From positions 2,046,001 through 2,110,000 of the forward strand of contig NEEC01000011.1 in NCBI GenBank assembly GCA_002189035.1: DNA of 64,000 nucleotides. The letters run 5' to 3'. This DNA comes from Utricularia gibba (lineage: Eukaryota > Plantae > Magnoliophyta). Below the pieces are notes generated by a model that was not told where the DNA came from, did no database searches, and saw only the letters and a program-made list of their open reading frames with translations. Shown here in pieces: positions 41,054 through 52,501 of the stretch; the first letter of the stretch is position 1; every line of letters starts with the position of its first letter. The position numbers and the translations under genes were made by a program.

Positions 41054-42273
41054 CTATTTTGAAGAGATCCGCCACCCGCACAGAATTTCCATATCCTTCA
41101 TCGCGCTCATGTTGTCGAAGAGGGTGATTGGTTTAATGTTGTCCAATGCTTCCCTTTCTCTGGCTCTTCTTGCCTGAATACTGTCGTCGACAACTTTTAG
41201 CGCCTCTGCGGCTGCGTTGATTTCAGCCTGGAACCGCATTTTCTCTGTTCACAAAGACAATAGAATAAGAATATTATTGTTCGCATTTAAGAAGGAAACA
41301 AGCGCTTCCCTCACCTTCTTGCAGTTCCTTCTGGTATCTCTCTGATTCTTGGCGCCTTTCCGCAGGATGGCTATCCTTGATCTACAGAAAAATCAGTAAA
41401 AATTATAGCCGTATGAATTTCAGACAACAGGGCTGAATCCATGTCTGGTTACCTTATCCTCCACGGACTGATGGGTAGACTTGAAGATGATGTCTTGGAA
41501 TCGTTTCTTCAGAGCAATAGCGCGTTGGGTCTGTTGCCACGCTTTCGTTTGCGGCAGGTCGCCTACTCGACAGGGAATCGGGATCGGGATCGGGATCGGG
41601 ATGAATGATAACAAGAATGAAATCGAAATGAGGAAGAAGGGAACAGAGTGATCATACCCAGAGGGATATCTTTAGCGCCAGAAGGAGTACTCTCCTCTGG
41701 ACTGACTGCACCAGGAGCCTTAGCGCATTGTGAGTCACCGGAAGCGGTGGAACCATTTGACGCCACCGTCGTGACGCCCGACTCATTCGAACGTCCGGGC
41801 GTCCCTTCAATCCCACAGGAATGTATCAGACATCCTGTTCGATACACAATAGGATGGTGATCATCGTTCTTAATCTCACCCTTTTCAATGATCTTTTCCA
41901 GAGCCTGGGGCGCCTTCGCCTTCCCTGAATCCCACATTTTTACGAAGAACTCTTTCAGCTCTCTGGCGTACATGTGAACTCTGTCTCTGGGACGATTGTA
42001 CATGATCCCATTGGCGAAAATGAGACGAACATCCGCAGAAAACTCGTCCGCCGTCATGTACCACCCACTCTCCATACGGCGCTTCACTTTTCCAAGATCC
42101 ATCGAATGCTCCAAACGATCAAAGGGCTTGCAGAAAATGAAAGCCTTGGGATGATTCATCAAATCCTTCAGCACCTTCCCGCAACGCTCCCTTTCTGCAA
42201 CGGCCATCTCCGGCCGCGCCCTCTTTGGCAATCCGCCGCCATTCTCCTGCGCCGCCTTGCGCTTGATCGTCAT
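41054..42273 (-). CDS. GTE8/9/11/12-like bromodomain protein, left copy (327 aa when spliced)
   Basis: Mirror image of 42589-43808. Confidence 0.85.
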
Positions 42274-42371
42274 GATCGCACTTCTTGAATGGCAAGGAAT
42301 GGGAAGAAGCGGGAACTGGGATGAGAATAAGCGGGAACTAATGACGCAGCCATCAGGTGGAGAGCGCCCGC

Positions 42372-42377
42372 TTTATA
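42372..42377 (-). promoter_or_regulatory. TATA box of the left GTE copy
   Basis: The minus strand reads GGGCTATAAAGCGGGCG, about 100 bp upstream of the ATG at 42273. Confidence 0.55.
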
Positions 42378-42588
42378 GCCCGTTGGAGCAGATTTGTTTC
42401 CATAGATAATAATCACCAAGATATGGAATGTTGGACATTCAATCACATTTCAATAAAATAAAATCATTTTTTTGTAATAATCATTCTTGAGCGGGCGCTC
42501 TCCACCTGATGGCTGCGTCATTAGTTCCCGCTTATTCTCATCCCAGTTCCCGCTTCTTCCCATTCCTTGCCATTCAAGAAGTGCGATC

Positions 42589-43808
42589 ATGACGATCAAG
42601 CGCAAGGCGGCGCAGGAGAATGGCGGCGGATTGCCAAAGAGGGCGCGGCCGGAGATGGCCGTTGCAGAAAGGGAGCGTTGCGGGAAGGTGCTGAAGGATT
42701 TGATGAATCATCCCAAGGCTTTCATTTTCTGCAAGCCCTTTGATCGTTTGGAGCATTCGATGGATCTTGGAAAAGTGAAGCGCCGTATGGAGAGTGGGTG
42801 GTACATGACGGCGGACGAGTTTTCTGCGGATGTTCGTCTCATTTTCGCCAATGGGATCATGTACAATCGTCCCAGAGACAGAGTTCACATGTACGCCAGA
42901 GAGCTGAAAGAGTTCTTCGTAAAAATGTGGGATTCAGGGAAGGCGAAGGCGCCCCAGGCTCTGGAAAAGATCATTGAAAAGGGTGAGATTAAGAACGATG
43001 ATCACCATCCTATTGTGTATCGAACAGGATGTCTGATACATTCCTGTGGGATTGAAGGGACGCCCGGACGTTCGAATGAGTCGGGCGTCACGACGGTGGC
43101 GTCAAATGGTTCCACCGCTTCCGGTGACTCACAATGCGCTAAGGCTCCTGGTGCAGTCAGTCCAGAGGAGAGTACTCCTTCTGGCGCTAAAGATATCCCT
43201 CTGGGTATGATCACTCTGTTCCCTTCTTCCTCATTTCGATTTCATTCTTGTTATCATTCATCCCGATCCCGATCCCGATCCCGATTCCCTGTCGAGTAGG
43301 CGACCTGCCGCAAACGAAAGCGTGGCAACAGACCCAACGCGCTATTGCTCTGAAGAAACGATTCCAAGACATCATCTTCAAGTCTACCCATCAGTCCGTG
43401 GAGGATAAGGTAACCAGACATGGATTCAGCCCTGTTGTCTGAAATTCATACGGCTATAATTTTTACTGATTTTTCTGTAGATCAAGGATAGCCATCCTGC
43501 GGAAAGGCGCCAAGAATCAGAGAGATACCAGAAGGAACTGCAAGAAGGTGAGGGAAGCGCTTGTTTCCTTCTTAAATGCGAACAATAATATTCTTATTCT
43601 ATTGTCTTTGTGAACAGAGAAAATGCGGTTCCAGGCTGAAATCAACGCAGCCGCAGAGGCGCTAAAAGTTGTCGACGACAGTATTCAGGCAAGAAGAGCC
43701 AGAGAAAGGGAAGCATTGGACAACATTAAACCAATCACCCTCTTCGACAACATGAGCGCGATGAAGGATATGGAAATTCTGTGCGGGTGGCGGATCTCTT
43801 CAAAATAG
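42589..43808 (+). CDS. GTE8/9/11/12-like bromodomain protein, right copy (327 aa when spliced)
   Basis: GT-AG exons 42589-43204, 43300-43409, 43481-43547 and 43618-43808 total 984 nt in frame. Bromodomain CGKVLKDLMNH...MDLG...EFSADVRLIFANGIMYN; C-terminus RAIALKKRFQDIIFK and EKMRFQAEINAAAEA...DMEIL resemble the GTE9/11-type tail. Confidence 0.85.
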
Positions 43809-45619
43809 TGATACGGGGTGTGATTCGATGAATGCCCTTGTTCAAGTTGATTGAAAACACTCAACACTCAAGTGTAGAATTGATTTCAGACAATAGCCTG
43901 AACTTGTTCTTCGTGCTGTGTAAAAAAATCATTTTTTTTCAAGATTTTCGTGCAAAAATACCCAGCACACATCCATCATGAGTATTCCAAGCAGGTGCTG
44001 GAGATTAATACTCACTCTAAACCCTAAACCCTAAACCTTAACGCTAAGTTATAATGGGAAGAAATTATTAATTCTGAAAGTAATATTTTTAAATATATTT
44101 TTATAAAAAAATATTGAATATGAAAAAAAACTCAAAATCTAATCTGATTTGTTTTTTAAATAAAGAAAATTGGTTCTAATTTATATTCAATACATTTAAT
44201 AGTATCAAGTAACATACAATAACATATTTTAAAGAACTTGAATATAGCAAAATTCACTTATATTAATCGAAAAATGAATATAAAAAATCATATAATAGCC
44301 AAATACCTACACTCCATAATCATTTGCGAAAAAATACTAAAACATAATATTAATAGTAATAATCATGATAATGTGTGAAAAATTAACCCTAAAATACAAA
44401 AAATATTCCCCAATTCCCACCATGGACTAATGAGTGACATCATGATCATAAACTCAGGTGTATTGCAAAGAAATAATTTCACATAGAAAATTGAAATTGA
44501 AATTGAAATATTAAAATGTATAAAAAATTTATAAATTACTAGTAATTAGTTAAATTGTTATCTTTATTAATATAATCTATATTTGTTATATATATGGTTT
44601 TCATGTGTGATTATTTGATCTATTGAATTCTTAATTTTAACAAGTTTTTGATGTTTGAGACAATGTTCTCCCATTCTAAGAATAAGCATATTCTTGATAC
44701 CCAATGCCATGGGAAGATTTCCGAGCTCACCACAAATCCATTCCCATCATCAGATCCAGCAGCCACATGACATGCATCCACTGCCTTCAACCAAACATTT
44801 CGTAAAGGTCTTCATTCTCCATTTCTTGTCACAATCACTTTTGTTTTTCTTTCTTTTTCTTTTTTCATTCTTGACAACATGCGAAAACCACGAAAAAATC
44901 TTGATTTCTTGCAAGAATCCCACCACATAGTCAAGTTCGTCAAGTAACTGTTAACAAGTCGCTCCATATGATTGGTTGAAGGCAGCAGCCCTTCTAGAAC
45001 ACCAGCAACCTGTCCGCATCTCAGTTTTACAGTCAGCTCGCGCACAGGGAGCAACTCATCATTTCGGGGCAAATAGTTTGTGTCGTTATTTCGTAATTTT
45101 TAATTTATTGACGAGAGGAAACTGCCAATAAAAAGGAAGGTTCGTTGGATGTAACCCATCAGAAGCAATGGTCACGTTCCTACATGCCAAATACATTGTC
45201 ACTAACGTGTAATGTGTCTGATCATTACATGGTGCCAACTTGTTGATACATATCTTAGCCACCGGCCTAAAATACTGGCCAAATGATTTTGTGGGCCGAA
45301 CCGAACCGGCGGTCCACAACGTTGTCACGAGAACCATGCAGCAACTATTGGTTTAAAAAAAAAAAGATATAAACGGGAGTGGTCCCCACTTAACATTTAA
45401 TAAAATTAAAATAATAATATAAATTTAATATTCTTATTCTATTTTTTTTATAAACGATTGATGCGGTAACTAGTTTCAAAACTAATACCTAAATCCCACA
45501 TACTGCGGATTAAATTGTGACATTCCAAACGGACACGAAGTTTGGGATTGGATGGATAGTAACGGGAATTTGGAGATTTCCAGCAATGGAGTTGGAGGAG
45601 AATTTTTTCAGTGCAGGGT

Positions 45620-46183
45620 TTAGAACTTGCGGAGACATGGACCGTTCAGCATCATCGCCTTGAACTCACGGAAGCAAATCGTGCCATTTCCATCGGCGTC
45701 CACACCGCTAATCATCTTCCGGCAGTCATCCAGAGTGCATTCCTCCCCCAAGCTCTTCAGAACGTTGAACAATTCCTCCGCGGAAATGGATCCGTTCTTA
45801 TCCAAATCGAATACCTCAAACGCGTTCCGCAGCGTCTCGTCGTTATCCGAATCATCCGCGGTGTTGAGCGCGATGAATTCGCGCAGATCGATGAATCCGT
45901 CGCCGTCGGAATCCACTTCCTGGATCATCAGCCTTAGTTCCTCCTCTGTCGCCAAATGCCCTAGGCTACTCATTATCTTACCGAGCTCCGCCGCGGAGAT
46001 CTTTCCGTCGCCGTTGGCGTCGAATTTCTTGAATACCTCAACCAATTCCTCCTCTGCCATGCGGTACCTCCCGTTCGCCGAGGAAGCACGTTGCGAATCC
46101 GCCGGAACTTGATTTTCAGATCCGCCGGGGACGGCACTCTGCTTCTTATTCTTCTTCCGCTTGAAGAAGGCGTTAAACCCCAT
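45620..46183 (-). CDS. Calmodulin-like protein, four EF-hands (CML25-like)
   Basis: MGFNAFFKRK start; loops DANGDGKISAAE, DSDGDGFIDLRE, DLDKNGSISAEE, DADGNGTICFRE. Intronless. Confidence 0.95.
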   Translation of the reverse strand: MGFNAFFKRKKNKKQSAVPGGSENQVPADSQRASSANGRYRMAEEELVEVFKKFDANGDGKISAAELGKIMSSLGHLATEEELRLMIQEVDSDGDGFIDLREFIALNTADDSDNDETLRNAFEVFDLDKNGSISAEELFNVLKSLGEECTLDDCRKMISGVDADGNGTICFREFKAMMLNGPCLRKF

Positions 46184-47746
46184 GGATTGGAGAGCCAAAC
46201 CAAAATGTTCCAATTCTTTCCTGAATGTGAACCCCAGACGGAAGGTTTCGGAATTCTTGCTGAGATTTAGACGTTCCAATTCACGGAAATTTTGCAAGAC
46301 TCAGAAATTCCAAGTCTTCGATAATACCCTGATAATACGTTAATAATTTATTTAAAAAAGAATATTTTATTCATTACAATAATACAACTATACAACAAAT
46401 ATTTTATCAATAATAATAAAAAAATGTAAAAATACATCCGTTTGGGTTGAAAATCCGCTCCCCAATTAGTGCTGCCTAAATTGCGTAATTACGGTAGGTT
46501 AGTAATTAATAATCATTAATTACTTAATATGTCCTTGTAATTATGGTGTTCAAATTTAAACGTAATAATGGCGTCGTTATAGCATACTTAATACTAACAA
46601 CTACCATAATTAAACGTTCAGTTTCAATTTGGATACTCTCTTATTTTACATTTTATTTTCAATTTATCAACCCAAATCTCGTTTAATCATTTTAAAAATT
46701 AGTCAGTTATCGTTTATTTCTCATATACTAGATAAAAAAAATTAATACTTAAAATGATAGTAGTATTAAAATTAAGAATTAAATGAATCTAACGAATATA
46801 TATTTGTGAATTTTAAATAAATAAAAATATATATTGCATTTAAAAAGATTACATTTAATTAATCGTTAATGATTTACAATATATTATATATTTCATTTTA
46901 ATTTTATAATATGAAATTGTTTGTTTTAATAGTTATCTCAAAGATAAATTAGTGTTGGATCTGATCAATCATAAAAATATATTTTTTACGACTTTAATTT
47001 TTATTGTTTATCTAATATATTTTCTTGTTTTTTTAATCGAAATTCAAATTAATATAAAATACATTTTAATTATTCAAATTATGTTTTAATGCAAATGTTA
47101 TAATACTATATTAAAATTAAGAATCTTATGAATTGGATGAGCACATAAATCTTAAGTATATAATAAAAGCATATGACATTTGAAAAGATTAACGTTAATC
47201 GATTACTATTGATTTACAATTTAATATATAATTGATCATTTCACTTTTATTTTCTAAAAGCCTAGTTTTGAATTACTATTAGTGGGGGAGGTAGTTTTGC
47301 AACAAATGATATCACTACAGAAAAACAGTTGGTATGTATTTTAAACCTTCAAGAATTATTATTATTATTGATATGATGTGATTAAAAAATTGAATCTAAA
47401 AGTAGTGATGACACACTACTTGCCAGAAACCCTCGTCACGTCACTCTTTGCAACTATGTCAATATTCGTTTCCAATTGCAATTTGGGTACCTGTGTCAAC
47501 AGGGTAATTGAATGTTGACTTGAACTATAATCATACCATTAAAATCATATTATAAAAATTCACAATTAAATCCAATCAGACATTTGGGGACATTAAGGAT
47601 GATTAGTTAATCTTTTTAGGATAATACATTTTATTTGTTTCCATTACTGCAGCTCGTTCCTGATTTCCCATTGGCGTCATACAAAGGCGACCAGGCCTCG
47701 ATCGGAATTGCAGTTTTGGAGAGAAGACGATGAACTTGCCGGAGCT

Positions 47747-48360
47747 CTAGAGCAGGTCGTAGAGGGTGAGCCCCTTCTGAATATAATGTATGTTGGCGGG
47801 GTCGAAAGGCGCCTTCACTCGGTCTATCCTCTTGATCACAGCTCTCGCAGGGAGTATGCTTCTTGATGGATCCGAATTGGTCTCCCGGTTCAAGCACGAC
47901 GAGTACCCCTGATCGATCATCAACTGTTAGTCTAGAAATACGCATTTTTCCTCTTCAGAACAATCTCATCTTCCTCCTTATCACTGGTCTATCAGATGTG
48001 AGAAACCCAGAAGTTTTAAAGAAGAAGAAGCGAAAAATCGTTAGTTTGAAGTGATGGTACCTTGTATATGAGGAGTTGAACAAGCTCCTGGTCCAACTGA
48101 GCCTGGACTAACAGAGCCTCGCCGCTTTTGGACTCGCTGTACCTCTCCAAAGCCACTATCTCTTCATTCTCTTCTTCGCCTTCTTGTTCGTCGTCATCTC
48201 TGAGTCTCCTTGTAGCATTGCATACCGCGAGGAATACTGCGGCGGGCTTCGTTCGCCGGAAGGTGTGTGCCGGAGCTGCTGCCGAGGTCGCCGCCGTCCG
48301 GGGAGGCGCAACCTGAGGATGAGGACATGAGCAGAACTTCATCTTCAACATGGACGCCAT
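47747..48360 (-). CDS. Conserved uncharacterised protein with a likely plastid transit peptide
   Basis: Exon 1 48360-48061 (MASMLKMKF...EALLVQAQLDQELVQLLIYK); exon 2 47908-47747 (GYSSCLNRETNSDPSRSILPARAVIKRIDRVKAPFDPANIHYIQKGLT). Confidence 0.85.
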
Positions 48361-48954
48361 CTGTGGAGGGAATGGGAGGGAACAAGGTATGTGGATGTGA
48401 ATGGGTATCATCATATTTTTTGTGGATTTATCCTGTTGAAAATATTCACATATTCCAAGGAGCATATATTCATAGATAATTAAATTGATATTTAGGGTTT
48501 TCTCATGATGGCTTCTGTGCCGTATAATGTAATCGCCGTGACCTCTGTGTCATACAATCGGCGTCGCCGCCGGCGTTTAGCTTCGTTCTTCATCAGATTT
48601 TCCGTCAGCGTCTTTTTTGTGTTTTCTTCTGATCAAGGAGCCTCTGAGGATGATTCGGAAGGAATCCCGGCGATGTTGGAAAATGTGAAAGGAAATGGTT
48701 GTGAATGACTAAAAAACCGGCCATTCGTGTGACAGTTGAGTGGTAATTTGGGAATTGCCTAATTGGTGGGATTATCAACATGGGGTAGCCCATTAAGAGG
48801 GATGGGCCGGGCCGTTATCTGGCGCCGGATGAATTTTCATAGATTTTGATACGGCGTCGTTTTGTTAAGTCGAATGCTGGAGCGGTATGGAGAGGGGGGT
48901 TTAGGGGTTTCCGGAATTCTGATCCGAGGAGGACGGAATCTTGGGTGGGAAAAG

Positions 48955-50797
48955 ATGCAACAGGCGTCCGAAGCCAAGGATACTCAAGGCGCTCCACCGA
49001 AGCAGGTGGCGCAGGCGCTGGAGCAGTTGGGCCAAGCGGGGCGGCTAATTGCTGATGTGCGTATTGGGACAGATAGACTGCTCGAGGCGCTGATGCTGCT
49101 GGGGGAGGAGTCCCATACCCGCCACATTGATAAGTGCTTGAACTCGATTGTGAAGGAGGATGCCTTAATGAACGGTTACTTCCATGAACTCCGTGCTCTT
49201 GGTGGGTCTAAATTCTTTTCATGGCATTGTTTCGTATCGGCTTGATCGGTTGCAAGTTTAGAACTGTGTTAAAAGATACTTTAAAAATCGTTTTTATCTA
49301 TGCCTATACGGTTTACTTTTTTTTTTTTTTTTCAAGAAGGGTGATATTAATGTGCTTTGTTTTTCTGCTAGGAAAGCAGCTGGAGGAATCTGGTGTTTTA
49401 ACTGAGTCTCTCCGCTTAAGAAGTAATACATGGGGTCTGCATATGCCTCTTGTGTGTCCAGATGGTGCTGTTGTCGCATATGCATGGAAAAGGCAGCTTG
49501 CTGGTCAAGCTGGTGCGTCCGCGGTTGATAGAACCAGGTGAAGTGCATCATGATTAAATGTATTTCTAGGTTACGTGCATGAGAATGATGTATTATGCGT
49601 AGATACCGTAAGAATTTCCTATGAAAAATAATTGTCATGATGCTGTGACTTGTGTCAGATTGGCACTTAAGGCGTTCAAGGATCAGAAAAGGCAATTCTT
49701 TCCTCATCTTGAGGACGGTTCAGTTTCCGAGCCACCTGTAAAGAAGCATTGCAGCCAGCTAACTCTACCTCTTGAAGATTGCAGTGATCAAAGGACACTA
49801 CCCGATATCTTGTCTTATTTAGAGAAAGAAGTACCCAATCTTCAGGTATATGCTCATGAGCGATTGCATTGGTTAAATAGGGCGCCACTGTTTCCATCCC
49901 CCAACGAAGGCTCGCTTGTTTCATCGAAGTATCATGGCTTTCCCAGCACAAGAAAGTGGACGGAAGGGTCAGTAACCATGAATTTCTCGGATAAAGCTGT
50001 GGTGGTTGAATTACTGCTTCCGTCTGTCTTTAGAGCAGTTGTATCTCTTCATAGGGCAGGATCTACGGACCCTGATGCGGTGGCTTTCTTTTCACCTGAC
50101 GAGGTAATTTGTTAAGTAATCATTTCAACCGAGTTTTAAATCTTCCAACTTTTCTGGGTTGGAGATTTTCGGTTCTAGTGATCACCTTATGTATCCATGT
50201 GTTATTTCTTATGAAGGGTGGAAGCTTCTTGCATTCTCGGGGGTTTTCATCGCATCATGTATTCAGGCATATTTCTGTAAGTGGAGATAGCGCACTATTT
50301 ATCTGCAAGCTGCTACTAGCTAGGGTGCTTATCCGTATTATGTTTCATGAATTGATCATTACAGGAACACGCATCTATGGCTCTCCAGTACTTCAGTTGT
50401 ACAAAGACAGAGTCAGCCTTGCTGTACCTGCTGGTATTTCCTCTGTTCTCAAAACTACCAAAAAAGTTCTTAGGTACTGATTATGTTTTTTTATTTTCTG
50501 AAGCATTGGGTGTGCAGTTATCAAACCTTATTTGTGAAGCCTTGCAGGTGTGTTTGTCATCCCTTTTGTGTTTCCTTGTTTTCTTAAATCTCTTGTTTTG
50601 CGTCCTTCTTTGATACGTATGATGTGATTCTCTCCAGCAAGTGTGACAGGCTTCTGTCGATGGACAAACAAACTGGTCTATTACTACCCCCAGTTAGACG
50701 GCCATTTCGTTGCTTCGCTCCATCTAGAAGTTCGTCAAAGTCATCCATGCATTCACTCAAAGCATTCCACATGGGCTGTTTTTCGGAGGACAATTAG
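48955..50797 (+). CDS. MED27: Mediator subunit 27
   Basis: APPKQVAQALEQLGQAGRLIADVRIGTDRLLEAL, SNTWGLHMPLVCPDGAVVAYAWKRQLAGQAGASAVDRTRLAL, GSTDPDAVAFFSPDEGGS, PC.KCDRLL...AFHMGC. Seven exons. Confidence 0.93.
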
Positions 50798-51316
50798 GTG
50801 AAATGTTACTGGATATTGCCGTGATCTCGTAACCATCATAGCGTTCATGGGATGTTAGTTCGAACAAACACTGCTTTGTATTTGTTGGTAGATGGTGGGT
50901 ACTTTGATGTACTACCTTTCTCAGCAATGAAACTTCAAGTTTTGTAGCATGTTCAATATGCTTAGTTCAATCTTAAAATGGGTCTTTGGCCCTAAGGAAC
51001 CTATCAGTAAGCTTTATTTCAAACATGTGAAAAATACTTTGAATGGATAGAAAAAATGGCATCGCTTCTTAGGGGGGCGATGCTTCGTCCCTTTATGTCA
51101 TTCCCACTTACGTTTCCCTGGTCAATTGTACTATGCTTACTTCCTATATTATCCCTTGCTTCATAAAGAATGTTCCAAACCGGCAGGATATGCAACCTGT
51201 GAAGCATGCTCTCAAAGTTTATATAGTGTATTTGCTCAATTCGTAGTGGGTTGAAGCCCTCCTCAGCAAGAACAGCTACTGTATATATTGAAGATCATTG
51301 TTTCTTTGCTCATTTG

Positions 51317-52308
51317 ATGATGTATGTTCCTGAGGGTCATAGGGTCAGATATGAAAGACCACGTTCACCTTTGACTATCCTGGCACACTTGTTTGGCATT
51401 ACTGCGATTTTGCTCTTGCTTGTCTGGCTGCTGTATTTTCGAGGCGGAATGGATATTAATTCAGATAACCCTGTTCGTATTTTCAATGTAAGTCCTTCTG
51501 TAGTCCGACCTCATCTATTTATTTACTTCATCTAGTTACCTTTGCCCATGTTTCTGCAGGTTCATCCCTTTCTCATGTTTTTCGGCTTCATCTTTGTGGC
51601 CGGTGAAGGTATAGAAAATTCAGAACCTCAACGAGTTGTTCATGCATCATGACGCAATCATCTTCACTTTCTGTTGTGCAGCCATGATGGCATATAAAAC
51701 TGTTTTAGCAGAGAGGCAGGTGCAGAAGCTCCTTCATATGTTTCTTCATTTGACTGCAATTGTTCTTGGAGTCGTCGGAATACACGCTGCATTCAAGTTC
51801 CATAGCCGCAGAGGCATACACAACTTATACACCTTGCACTCATGGATTGGTATTGGAACATTCTCCTTGTTCTGCTTGCAGGTAATATAAACTCTGAGGC
51901 TTAGCGCCTTTACCCTCCTCCATCTTCTACTCTCTTCTCCTCCTCCATATCATCACCAGCAAAGTATATCAGATGACATCATTTAGCATGAAAATCTTGC
52001 TGTCAAGTGACCCGACTGCATTTTTGTTCCTCTTACAGTGGCTGATAGGCTTGGTTGTCTTTCTAATGCCGGGAGCAACACAAGAAATGAGGGCAAGGAC
52101 GGCTCCGTGGCATGTCAATGGCGGCAAAGCTCTTCTCTTCATGGCGATATGTGCTGCCCTCACAGGGCTGATGCAGAGAGCCACCCTCCTGCAGCTGCAG
52201 CAACAGACTGAGGCTCATGTTGTCAACTTTTTGGGATTAGCAATCCTGCTTTTTGGAATCTCAGTTGAACTTTCAGTTTCTATGGGAAGATATAATACTG
52301 GAGTTTGA
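51317..52308 (+). CDS. Cytochrome b561 (transmembrane ascorbate ferrireductase)
   Basis: LAHLFG..LVWLLYFRGG, FNVHPFLMFFGFIFVAGEAMMAYKT, KLLHMFLH, NLYTLHSWIG, APWHVNGG. Four exons. Confidence 0.93.
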
Positions 52309-52501
52309 TTTTCTTCCCCTTTGGCAATAGAAAACAACTGATCTGAATCCTTCATATGTGGATGAATCGCCACATGGAATAATACACAAAGAACAGAATG
52401 AACCAAAAGCTGCTTTTCATTGCAAATCACCAACAAAAGAAGCCATTACACATAAAATGATCCACACTTTGAACAAAGCATGCCTCAGTTTCATGCATTA
52501 A

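Larger units (their letters stand above)
40367..44495. repeat. Inverted duplication: arms 40367-42372 and 42490-44495 (2,006 bp each), 117-bp spacer
   Basis: Position x pairs with 84862-x at both arm ends, at spot-checked blocks and for all mirrored ORF-track entries, whose translations are identical. Not every base was compared. Confidence 0.97.

Noticed and set aside
43259-43289. (GATCCC)n hexamer run translated as SRSRSR or IPIPIP in the ORF track (mirror near 41575-41605)
   Set aside because: It lies inside GTE intron 1 (43205-43299), so the RS-like tail comes from unspliced translation.
45491-45505. ATCCCACATAC resembles the plant snRNA USE element
   Set aside because: Imperfect match, no TATA at the expected distance and no snRNA-like sequence downstream.
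34464-46183. JAZ, caleosin/peroxygenase and CML as a possible jasmonate/oxylipin gene cluster
   Set aside because: No shared pathway enzymes, and adjacency is explained by ancestral collinearity; no evidence of co-regulation in the sequence.
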